This document shows, one piece after another, positions 1 to 13,304 of a stretch of DNA of 64,000 bases. The notes beneath the pieces are model-generated. The model had not been told where the DNA came from and searched no databases. It worked only from the letters and a program-made list of their open reading frames with translations. A program made the position numbers and the translations under genes. Origin of the DNA: Eledone cirrhosa (lineage: Eukaryota); NCBI GenBank assembly GCA_964016885.1, contig OZ024741.1, positions 10,788,001 to 10,852,000 on the forward strand, read 5' to 3'. Position 1 is the first letter of the stretch; every line of letters starts with the position of its first letter.

Positions 1-145
1 TATTGATGTTGTTGTTACCAGCGTCTTGTTGTTGTTATATTGTTTATCTATTGATTATATTTGTTTGTTTGTTTATTTATTCAATCAATGCCCGATCACT
101 GTGCAATATACTCTCATAATTGCTTTACTTAAGAAATTCAGCCAA

Positions 146-221
146 ACAAGCAGAACAACAGCAACAACAACAACAACAACAGCAACAACAACAGCAGCAG
201 CAGCAACAACAACAACAACAA

Positions 222-253
<32 letters not shown>

Positions 254-339
254 GCAGCAACAACAACAACAACAACAGCAGCAGCAGCAGCAACAACAAC
301 AACAGCAGCAACAGCAACAACAACAACAACAACAATAAT
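146..339. repeat. Compound (CAA/CAG)n trinucleotide microsatellite
   Basis: Read directly; explains the poly-Q/T/C/L ORFs in the track. Confidence 0.95.
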
Positions 340-414
340 AATGGAATACAGTCATCACTTCCCAAAAGGACAACAAAATGAATCACAAACTAAAACAGAG
401 ATGTATAAAATACA

Positions 415-3070
<2,656 letters not shown>

Positions 3071-3109
3071 GTATATGGATGTGTATGGATGTGTGTATGT
3101 GTGGGTGAG

Positions 3110-4535
3110 TGAGTGAGTGTGTGTGAGAGTGGTGTTATAAGTGTGCTGGTGTGTTTGTGTGTGTTTGTATCTGTGTGTATGTGTGTGTATGTGTGTGAGT
3201 ATCTGTGTATGTGTGTATGTGTGTGTGTTGGGTGTTGTAAGTATGCTGGTGTGTTTGTGTATGTGTGTGAGTGTATGACTGTGTGTGAGTATCTGTGTGT
3301 GTGAGCGTGTGTGAGTGTGTGTGAGTGTGTGTATGTGTGAGTATCTGTATGTGTGTGAGTGTGTGGTGTTATAAGTGTGCTGGTGTGTATGTGTGGGAGT
3401 ATCTGTGTGCGTATGTATGTGTCAGTATCTGTGTGTGAGTGTGTGGTGTTATAAGTGTGTTGGTGTGTATGTGTGTGTGTATCTGTGTATGTGTGTATGT
3501 GTGTGTGTTGGGTGTTGTAAGTGTGCTGGTGTGTTTGTGTATGTGTGTGAGTGTATGACTGTGTGTGAGTATCTGTGTGTGTGAGCGTGTGTGAGTGTGT
3601 GTCAGTATATGTGTGTGAGTGTGTAGTGTTTTAAGTGTGTTGGTGTGTATGTGTGGGAGTATCTGTGTGTGTGTGTGTCAGTATATGTGTGTGTGTGAGA
3701 GTGTCAGTATCTGTGTGTAAGTGTGTGGTGTTATAAGTGTGTTGGTGTGTATGTGTGTGTCAGTATCTGTGTGTGAGTGTGTGGTGTTATAAGTGTGTTG
3801 GTGTGTATGTGTGTGTCAGTATCTGTGTGTGTATGTGTGTGTCAGTATCTGTGTGTGAGTGTGTGGTGTTATAAGTGTGTTGGTGTGTATGTGTGGGAGT
3901 ATCTGTGTGTGTGTGAGTGTCAGTATCTGTGTGTGAGTGTGTGGTGTTATAAGTGTGTTGGTGTGTATGTGTGGGAGTATCTGTGTGTGTGTGAGTGTCA
4001 GTATCTGTGTGTGAGTGTGTGGTGTTATAAGTGTGTTGGTGTGTATGTGTGTCAGTATCTGTGTGTGTGTGTGTGTGTGTGTCAGTATCTGTGTGTGAGT
4101 GTGTGGTGTTATAAGTGTGTTGGTGTGTATGTGTGTCAGTATCTGTGTGTGTGTGTGTGTGTCAGTATCTGTGTGTGAGTGTGTGGTGTTATAAGTGTGT
4201 TGGTGTGTATGTGTGTCAGTATCTGTGTGTGTGTGTGTGTGTGTGTCAGTATATGTGTGTGAGTGTGTGGTGTTATAAGTGTGTTGGTGTGTATGTGTGT
4301 CAGTATCTGTGTGTGTGTGTGTGTGTCAGTATCTGTGTGTGAGTGTGTGGTGTTATAAGTGTGTTGGTGTGTATGTGTGTCAGTATCTGTGTGTGTGTGT
4401 GTGTGTGTGTCAGTATATGTGTGTGAGTGTGTGGTGTTATAAGTGTGTTGGTGTGTATGTGTGTCAGTATCTGTGTGTGTGTGTGTGTGTCAGTATCTGT
4501 GTGTGAGTGTGTGGTGTTATAAGTGTGTTGGTGTG
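3110..4535. repeat. (GT)-derived minisatellite, ~80-84 bp unit with a 164-bp dimer at its 3' end
   Basis: Recurrent GTCAGTATCTGTGTGTGAGTGTGTGGTGTTATAAGTGTGTTGGTGTGTATG; identical ORFs at 4115 and 4279 are offset by 164 bp. Confidence 0.9.
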
Positions 4536-4817
4536 TTTACTTTGTAGCCGCCATTTTGTTCTTTTTTTTTCTGTGTAAAATCTCAACAGAATCATGTTAT
4601 GGAGTCTGATGAGAGTAATTGTATTAACTGATCGTCTGACGTGGATAGGAATAGATTGTTTATATATGTATATATATATATATATCCCATATATATATCC
4701 CATATATATATCCCATATATATATATATATATATATCCCATACCCCACTCTCAAGAGCGTGAAATTAATAAACATTTGTTTGTACTGCCTCTCTGTTTTG
4801 TTCCCGTTCAATTTTTC

Positions 4818-4906
<89 letters not shown>

Positions 4907-4928
4907 GAAAGAACGATATATATATATA

Positions 4929-4983
<55 letters not shown>

Positions 4984-5034
4984 ATATATGTATATATGTA
5001 TATATATATATTTATGTATATATATATATTTATG

Positions 5035-5066
<32 letters not shown>

Positions 5067-5289
5067 TATAGAGAGAGAGTGTGTGTGTGAGAGAAAGGGG
5101 GAGATTGATTAGAAAGACCAATATATATATATATGCATATATGAGGTCGGGGTATAAATGAAGAAGAAGAAGAAGAAGAAGAAGAAGAAGAAGAAGAAGA
5201 AGAAGAAGAAGAAGAAGAAATGAATCTATGATTTCGTGACCATGGCCCCGTAAACAGCTAAATTTAATAACAACCATTACAAAATCGTA

Positions 5290-5900
5290 AACACCACCAC
5301 CTGCACCACTACCACCACCACCTCCACCACAACGGTCACCAGTCCCCCACACCTAACCACCACCATTTAACTAACATTACCACCAAACTAATACACTACC
5401 AACAGACACAACCAACCACCACCAACAACACTCAAACCGTAACATTGCCAGCATCACCACCACCGTCGCCACTACCACTTCCCCCACCGTCACCATACCA
5501 TCACTCCCACCACAACCACCAACACCACCACCGCCACCGTCGCTACTACCCCCCACCGTCACTATACCAGCACTCCCACCACCACTACGACTCCAATTAA
5601 CCCTCCATCCTTCTTTCTAACAACCAGGCCATATACACATATACATAGAAGATCTCTCTCCCACCAGCGACCATCTAATCTCGACGTTCTACCCGGTCCC
5701 CCCACGGCAGCCAACCCCCACCACCACCACCACCAGCCCACAGCCACTAACCCCCACCACCAACCCCCACGAACCACCAACTCCCAGCCACCCCCCGCCC
5801 CACCAAGCCCACCACCACCACAACCATCAACAACAACAACAAGCCCCAGCCACCAACCCCCAGCCACCAACCACCAACCACCAACCACTAACCACTAACC
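5290..5900. repeat. Degenerate (CCA/ACC)n low-complexity tract
   Basis: Read directly. Confidence 0.85.
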
Positions 5901-5935
5901 AATCCATAAAAAAACTAAGCCCCCTAACCAACACC

Positions 5936-6020
5936 ACTTCCGCCCCTCCCTAACAACCAACGTAAACAATAAATTGGCGCGAAATATCTATTGACACAGT
6001 CTGTCAATAAAGGCGGGAAA
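5936..6020. promoter_or_regulatory. Candidate promoter with two E2F sites and an ETS/GC box
   Basis: ACTTCCGCCCC at 5936-5946, TTGGCGCGAAA at 5974-5984 and GGCGGGAAA at 6012-6020 match E2F TTTSSCGC on the minus strand; dyad TATTGACA-N5-TGTCAATA at 5989-6009. Confidence 0.5.
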
Positions 6021-6285
6021 AGGAGAGCTTCTGTGAAATTCTGTTGACATTGGATAATCTAATTTGAAAAAGTAAAAGAAAAAAAATCAAAAATGGAAGA
6101 CAGCAAAAATTAAATAACAAATGAAAAATATAACAGGAACTGAGCTTAGAAAAAAATTAAGTTAATAAATTTATCTTCCATGAAAAATATATTAATTTAT
6201 AAACAATGGTTGGGTCTGATTGTGACGGGAATAGATTTAAAAATCAACGCATGATTACCCATTTTATTATTAAGTATTTTGGGAG

Positions 6286-6463
6286 GGCAGTGGATTGGCA
6301 GTATCGGTAGAGGGTCGGACGCCAAGCATAGAGTTACGGCCCTTGCCATTCTGAGTTCAAATCCCACTGAGGTTAACTTTACCTTTCATCCTTACGGGGT
6401 CGATTAAATAAAGTACCAGTAATACACTGGGATAATTATTGGCCTTGTGCTAAAAGTAGAAAC
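6286..6463 (+). mobile_element. tRNA-derived SINE with ~16-bp target-site duplication
   Basis: A box TGGCAGTATCGG (6296-6307), B box GAGTTCAAATC (6353-6363), core CTTTCATCCTTACGGGGTCGAT..AAAGTACCAG; ATTAT(T/C)AAGTATTTTG on both flanks. Confidence 0.85.
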
Positions 6464-6603
6464 AATTATCAAGTATTTTGTGGGGGTTAATGATTATTTT
6501 CTTAGTCTCTGTTATATTTTATTCTACAAAAAAAAAAGCAACAACATTGTACCGTCTTTAATGTTTTTCTTAATGTGAGCCCCTGTCTGGCTAATAAAGA
6601 TAT

Positions 6604-6712
6604 CCGAGGTTAACTTTGCCTTTCATCCTTACGGGGTCGATAAAATAAAGTACCAGTAATGTACTGGGTAATTGCTGGCCTTGTGCCTAAAAATAGAAAC
6701 AATTATTAAGTA
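6604..6712 (+). mobile_element. 5'-truncated copy of the same SINE
   Basis: GAGGTTAACTTTGCCTTTCATCCTTACGGGGTCGATAAAATAAAGTACCAG matches 6369-6420. Confidence 0.8.
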
Positions 6713-6889
6713 ATTCTTCTTCTTCTTCTTCTTCTTCTTCTTCTTCTTCTTCTTCTTCTTCTTCTTCTTCTTCTTCTTCTTCTTCTTCTTCTTCTTCTTC
6801 TTCTTCTTCTTCTTCTTCTTCTTCTTCTTCTTCTTCTTCATTTATACCCCGTCCTCATATATGCATATATATATATTGGTCTTTCTAAT

Positions 6890-7890
6890 GAAGACATATG
6901 GAGCCAAGGAAATCGGATGTCTCGATGGCGACCGGCAGAAAAAGTTACTTAGCTGAATATATCAACGCAGTATAAGTTTAATCCAACAAGACTGAGCTGG
7001 GACAAAACCACAAAACCATCGTGTCAAACTAGATATGTTAGAGTAAAGAAGTCATATGAAATATGCTTCTAAGAATTTAGAATAAAAACCGATACTGCAA
7101 TAAGAAGCACTACCATTAGGCTGGTGATTGGGATGGGTAGAGGTCATTGGTTGATGGGTTTAAAGAAAAGAGAATTCTTTAAAAACAAATTTACAATTTG
7201 TTTACAATGTAATCTGAATATTCTTTGTTAAAAGAGATTATACAATCCAACTTTAGATCCCGTAAGTCTCCTTAATATAGTTACAATTGCCTGATACAAG
7301 TGTTGCTATAGTACAGCATATTGTAGTATTTAAGACTATTCAACAGAATTCGTAATATAATCGGCTTGTCTCCCCACAGCCCCGATGGACAGAATAGAGA
7401 AGGTGTTTCCCCGGAGGACGGCTAACTAGGTAGGCAGCTAGGCCACAAACCTCGGAAAGTAGCATTAATAATCCTTAACAAATTGCATTTTTAACAGAAA
7501 TTATTATAAAATAACTATATAATAATTTGTTTATCAATAAATCATGAAATATCTTTGTCGAGCAGCAGCGCTGTAAAACATCTAAAGCGCTGAAGAAAGT
7601 GAGAAAGTCAGTATTATGATCAATGACAGGATTTGGCGTGGGTGGCCGGGGACTGTGCAGAAAGTGCAGTCTTAGTAATTTTCTTAGTCTGTCCAGAGCT
7701 AAAAGTGTAAAAGAAAACTAAGTTTGTCAGCTTATCAAAATATATATTTAATTTGGAGAATGGCGCTTGAGTAATTAGCCCATTTGGGCGAGTCTGGTGC
7801 ACTAAATACCATGGCATTAGTTATGACTTCTACCGGACTAGAACTGTTTCAGTAATATGAAGTCGCCAGTTCTAGTTCTGTAGAAGTCAT
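6890..7890 (-). mobile_element. Degenerate PLE-like element with a core-deleted hammerhead and short terminal fold-back
   Basis: The reverse complement of 7128-7180 matches 29273-29320. The reverse complement of 7825-7864 reads GACTTC-atattact-GAAACAGTTCTAGTCCGGTA-GAAGTC, with the same stem III as the 29376 ribozyme. Inverted copy at 7867-7890. Confidence 0.55.
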
Positions 7891-8195
7891 TATATATATA
7901 TTGTCTCTTAATTAAAACATTTAAAAATTAGCACTTAACTATAAACACCCACAATTTCTAATCTCTCGAGGAGTTACTTCCCCAGAAACCACCCTCTAAT
8001 TAGTAAGGTAAATATGTCCTTTGGCAGCCATCTTGTTACCCATAGGCAGATCTCACACAATGCAGCCTCGACAGATGAATACTACTTGATTATGGCTGAC
8101 GACTGATGCAACCAAGACACCATAGTAAAAAACCAATATATGGAACATTATATTATGTAACATTCTCTCATTAGTTTAATTTATATTCCTTTGAA

Positions 8196-8315
8196 GTTCC
8201 GATGAGCCGCTCTGTCTTTTAAATATGTTAAATATTTTCAACTAAACCAGATCAATTATGATATATAGTCATCTGATCCAGAAATATAATATGGAGTAAC
8301 GAAACAATTGTAAAC
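8196..8315 (+). ncRNA. Type-I hammerhead ribozyme, long stem II, mutated core
   Basis: GTT-CCGATGA-[~95 nt stem II]-GAAA-CAATTG-TA-AAC; palindromic stem III, GUA site, core U4>C. Confidence 0.6.
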
Positions 8316-8621
8316 GACATTATTATTATTAATATTATTATTATTATTCTCTACACCCCTTACATCAAACTAAAATATGTTGACAATCTTTTAATAATGT
8401 CTTCCTTGTGAAGTTTGTGGCCTTGTTTTGCTTAACTAATGAATATTTCCAGCTCTGCGCACCTAACTTCTGCATGAACCCAGCCACCTAGTTGCTTTCT
8501 ACTGCATATTGCACATTGAGCACATGCCTTTACGCTTTGTCTTCTAACTAATTCACCAATCTCTCCTCTCCTATCTCCTCTCCTATCAACATCTCTCTCT
8601 TTAAGATTGGTTACTCTTGAA

Positions 8622-8712
<91 letters not shown>

Positions 8713-8715
8713 TAA

Positions 8716-8800
8716 TAAAGATGCCTATACTCTACCAATGTTTGAGTACCTTTTTTAACTGTGGTTACCCCCTGACACAACTCGGAAATCAACATATTTT
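8716..8800 (+). mobile_element. Short 3'-end fragment of a PLE-like family
   Basis: TTGAGTACC...TGTGGTTACC...CAACTCGGAA resembles 29461-29506; lies between microsatellites. Confidence 0.6.
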
Positions 8801-8856
8801 ATATATATAAACATGCATATGTATATATGTATATGTACGTGTATATATATATATAT

Positions 8857-9567
8857 AATATGAAATACGTTCCTTCACGCACAAGGCGCCAGGGTACGCA
8901 TGTATTGTCCAACCAAATGCCAGTGTGGTTCAATGGCGGGTTAATAAATTAACGGGCCAGAACAAATATAAACAAGGTTTAGTAAATAATGAAAAAGTTT
9001 CAAAATAAATTTTAAAAAATTGACTTTACCTACTATAGTTACCTTTACCGTATTTTGAAACTTTTTCATTATTTACTAAACCTTGTTTATATTTGTTCTG
9101 GCCCGTTAATTTATTAACCCGCCATTGAACCACACTGGCATTTGGTTGGACAATACATGCGTACCCTGGCGCCTTGTGCGTGAAGGAACGTATTTCATAT
9201 TACTACTACCTCCACTAACGTTGAGAACAAACTTGGTCATTCCGACTGCTGCTAGTAATAGCTGTGGCTAGTTTGACCTACCTCCTTTTGCCTCTATCTT
9301 TGCTACGGCCCTTGATAAACCTGTTCTACATCATCCACTCTCATCCCAGGAACAGTTTTTGATAGCGCTAGTTTGTGATTTAAATTCAAGAATTTTATAT
9401 TCTTTGAATGAAAAGAACCTTCTGACGAGAATCTTTCTTTGCAACGAAGGCCGTATGGTCTCCGTTTTATTTTTGGGATTCGAAACCGATCGGTAAAGGT
9501 AACTATAGTAGGTAAAGTCAATTTTTTAAAATTTATTTTGAAACTTTTTCATTATTTACTAAACCTT

Positions 9568-9572
<5 letters not shown>
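8857..9572 (+). mobile_element. Non-autonomous PLE/retrozyme-like element: inverted 5' arm plus ~483-bp partial tandem unit
   Basis: 8857-9007 is the reverse complement of 9051-9201; 9051-9090 recurs at 9534-9573; flanked by (TA)n; no coding ORF. Confidence 0.85.
9417..9500 (+). ncRNA. Type-I hammerhead ribozyme, intact core
   Basis: ACCTT-CTGACGA-GAATC...GATTC-GAAA-CCGATCGG-TA-AAGGT: stem I 5 bp, extended stem II, palindromic stem III, GUA site. Confidence 0.9.
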
Positions 9573-9631
<59 letters not shown>

Positions 9632-9657
9632 ATGTATATGTATATATGTGTGTGTAC

Positions 9658-9690
<33 letters not shown>

Positions 9691-9693
<3 letters not shown>

Positions 9694-10043
9694 AAAAAAA
9701 GATGAAATCGAAAATGCAAGTGGAGTCTTATTTTTTTTTAAATATATATATTTATTTGGTTCCTTTACCGGTTTCGCAGTTCTTCTGCTTTTCAAAAGTA
9801 GAATTGAGATGGAGGGTCTGTGGTTTTTCTCACATCAGATGTGAGAAAAACCACAGACCCTCCATCTCAACTCTACTTTTGAAAAGCAGAAGAACTGCGA
9901 AACCGGTAAGGGAACCAAATAAATATATATATTTTAAAATAAGACTCCAGTTGCATTTTCGATTTTTTCTTTTTTTCTTTATACTTTCACTCGTGTAGGA
10001 CACCTCGGTTATTTTTCATTTTATAAAAAAAACCTCACTTTCT

Positions 10044-10047
<4 letters not shown>
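9691..10047 (+). mobile_element. Fold-back PLE-like fragment containing the 3' half of a hammerhead
   Basis: Near-perfect ~135-bp-arm palindrome centred near 9837 (CACATC-A-GATGTG); right arm has GAAA-CCGG-TA-AGGG then AATAAA; sits in (TA)n. Confidence 0.8.
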
Positions 10048-10088
<41 letters not shown>

Positions 10089-10341
10089 ATATATATGTAT
10101 ATATATTTGTGTGTACGTGAATATATATATATATATACTCACCCATATTTACATGCATGCATACAATACACCTATACATTCATACATACATACATACATA
10201 CAAACATGCATACATATATGCATACAATACATGCATACGTCCATCCATACATCCATCCATCCATCCATCCATCCATCCATACATACATACATACATACAT
10301 ACATACATACATACATACATACATACATACATACATACATT

Positions 10342-10820
10342 ATTAGCGAAAAGGAGAATATTTATGCTGAATTAATGAGAAATCTTCAGATACTCCACCC
10401 TGATTACACCTTCAGATTTATGCCTGTGATTATTGGAGCACTGGGGTATGTTAGTAACTGCCTCAATACAAATCTTGAGAAGCTGGGCTTCACAGGAACA
10501 GAAAGAACACAACTAGGTAGGAAATTACAAGTAGAATCCATTAATGGAACAGTAAAAATCTGTAAAACATTCCAAAAATTCTGCATCTAATAACTGCATA
10601 TACACATGTACAGATACAAAGCATATACAGATGCACACATACAACTCAAAACATCCACATCCACACATACAATAACATCCATATCTACACATGCATGCAT
10701 GCATACATATCTACCTAGTTGATGTTGTGTAAATTCCAATGAGAGAGTCTTGTGTCTATGTTAGAAACCGATTCTCCCTCTCTATTGGTAAACATTTGTG
10801 AAATTATAAAACCAGAAGAA
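10342..10820 (+). mobile_element. 5'-truncated R4/Dong-like non-LTR copy in (CATA)n
   Basis: Encodes SEKENIYAELMRNL..PVIIGALG (RLE C-terminus); closely similar to 11336-11812; ends CCAGAAGAA followed by (CATA)n. Confidence 0.85.
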
Positions 10821-10938
10821 CATACATACACACATACATACATACATACATACATACATACATACATACATACATACATACATACATACATACATACATA
10901 CATACATACATAAAATCAGAAGAACATACATACATACA

Positions 10939-11812
10939 ATTCACAAAAGAGATAAGGATGCAGGCAAAACACCTAGATGTGATAACAAGTGCAGACTCTG
11001 CAGAATTAACATCGAAGATATCACCCATGTCATCAGCAGCTGTCCAAAGATGTCATCGCGGTACTATCTACCTATGAGGCATGATGTAGTGGCCAAAACG
11101 CTGTACAATGCAATCCGTAAAAAAGATAGCCCCGATAATAAATACATTAAAAGCTACAGCAATGTGGAAGACATCCATGTACATAATATGAAAGAGTACT
11201 GGTGCAGTGTTCCAGTAAAAACCCCAATAAAATGCAGGCATAACAGACCAGATATTATGATATGGGACAGGGAGAAGAAAGCATGCACAGTAGTGGAAAT
11301 TAGCTGCCCAGCAGATGCCAATATAATATCAAAGATTAGCGAAAAGGAGAATACTTATGCAGAACTGATGAGAAATCTGCAGATACTCCATCCTGATTAC
11401 ACATTCAGATTTATGCCTGTGATTATTGGGGCACTGGGATATGTTAGTAACTGCCTCAATACAAATCTTGAAAAGCTGGGTTTCACAGGAACAGAAAGTA
11501 CACAACTAGTTAGGAAACTACAAGTACAATCCATTAATGGAACAGTTAAAAATATGTAAAACATTCCAAAATGTTTGCATCTAATAACTGCATATACACA
11601 TGTACAGATACAAAGCATATACACATGCACACATACAACTCAAAACATCCACATCCAAACATACAATAACATCCGTATCTACACATGCATGCATGCATAC
11701 ATATCTACCTAGTTGATGTTGTGTAAATTCCAATGAGAGAGTCTTGCGTCTATGTTAGAAACTGATACTCTCTCTACTGGGAAAAATTTGTGAAATTATA
11801 AAATCAGAAGAA
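10939..11812 (+). mobile_element. 5'-truncated R4/Dong-like non-LTR copy (CCHC + RLE endonuclease)
   Basis: CRLC..EDITHVISSC zinc knuckle, RHD, RPDIM..VEISCP..K RLE motifs; late frameshift; ends TCAGAAGAA followed by (CATA)n. Confidence 0.9.
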
Positions 11813-11898
11813 CATACAAACATACATGCATGCATACATGCATACATACATACATACATACATACATACATGCATACATACATACATACATACATACA

Positions 11899-12503
11899 TG
11901 GTGACTGCCAACTCGTTTTCGAGTACGGCCACTACTTTATATCCATGTAGGAGAACCCCTACCGATGCACAGAACGAGTGTGACTTTTTAGTCCACCAGC
12001 GACTTGAAAACTCTGGTACAAACACTACACTTGTGACAATTATTGACACACAGTGCTGGGCCCATGGTACCATGTGACCACATGTGCAGAGAGATCTCCA
12101 GATATAAAGCAATGCCTGTGCCGTGAAGCTTTTATAGTGAGCAAATGCACTGCACAAAGCCAGTCCCACTCTCTTAACCAAGATGATATTTACCAAAAAG
12201 AAGAACAAGCCAACATCATTGGATACCATCAGAGTTGCAGGTGTTATATCAGAGTTTTCCTTCTCCTAGAATTCTGCCTTGACAAAGGCTAAGGGGTCAT
12301 CTCCCGGTGATTTTGGATGGCTATTAACTCTTAAGAGCTCCTTTGCCCTTTGACAGGCTTTGTTTTTAGTCCTGCAAGATGTCCAAAGTCACCCTCCTCA
12401 CCAAGAAACCTTGGTGGGGTTGCCAGTTTAGTCGCCAACGACTCGACCATGAGACAGGTTGTACTGGGATACTGATTACCAGTAGCACCAACTGGTGACC
12501 TGA
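11899..12503 (-). mobile_element. Internally deleted non-autonomous RTE derivative, copy 1
   Basis: RTE-type 5'UTR motif CTAGGAGAAGGAAAACTCTG, relic terminal zinc finger, 3'UTR and (TATG)n tail; closely similar to copy 2. Confidence 0.75.
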
Positions 12504-12557
12504 CATACATACATACATACATACATACATACATACATACATACATACATACATACA

Positions 12558-13159
12558 TGGTGGCTGCCAACTCGTTTTCGAGTACGGCCACTACTTTATA
12601 GCCATGTAGGAGAACCCCTACCGATGCGCTGAACGAGTGTGACTTTTTAGTCCAGCCAGCGACTTGAAAACTCTGGTACAAACACTACACTTGTGACAAT
12701 TATTGACACATAGTGCTGGGCCCATTGTACCACGTAACAACAAGAGCAAAGAGATCTCCAGATATAAAGCAATGCCTGTGCCGTGAAGCTTTTATAGTGA
12801 GCAAAGGCACTGCACAAAGCCAGTCCCACTCTCTTAACCAAGATGATATTTACCAAAAAGAAGAACAAGTCAACATCATTGGATACCATCAGGGCTGCAG
12901 GTGTTATATCAGAGTTTTCCTTCTCCTAGAATTCTGCCCTGACAAAGGCTAAGGGGTCATCTCTCCCGGTGATTTTGGATGGCCATTGGCTCTTAAGAGC
13001 TCCTTTGACAGGTTTTGTTTTTAGTCCTGCAGGATGTCCAAAGTCACCCTCCTCACCAAGAAACCTTGGTGGGGTTGCCAGTTTAGTCGCCAACGACCCG
13101 ACCATGAGACAGGTTGTACTGGGATACATGTTACCAGTAGCACCAACTGGTGACCTGAC
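12558..13159 (-). mobile_element. Internally deleted non-autonomous RTE derivative, copy 2
   Basis: Minus strand of 12618-12689 translates CSVCTRVFKSLAGLKSHTRSAHR*, matching the last finger of the RTE ORF at 17662. Confidence 0.75.
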
Positions 13160-13204
13160 ATACATACATACATACATACATACATACATACATACATACA
13201 TACA

Positions 13205-13260
13205 TGATGATGGCTGCGCCCTCGTTATCGAGTATGGCCATTGCACGAGGAGAAAGAAAA
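13205..13260 (-). mobile_element. 3' terminus of an RTE element, probable partner of 17662-18098
   Basis: Reverse complement GGCCATACTCGATAACGAGGGCGCAGCCATCATC-(ATGT)n parallels the 3' ends of the two derivatives. Confidence 0.6.
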
Positions 13261-13268
13261 AAAATAAA

Positions 13269-13303
<35 letters not shown>

Positions 13304-13304
<1 letters not shown>

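Noticed and set aside
120-338. Poly-glutamine protein exon
   Set aside because: Pure CAA/CAG repeat with no recognisable flanking coding sequence.
7620-7817. 65-aa ORF as an RLE or Hydra-type PLE endonuclease remnant
   Set aside because: Only a vague RPNG resemblance; catalytic motifs are not identifiable.
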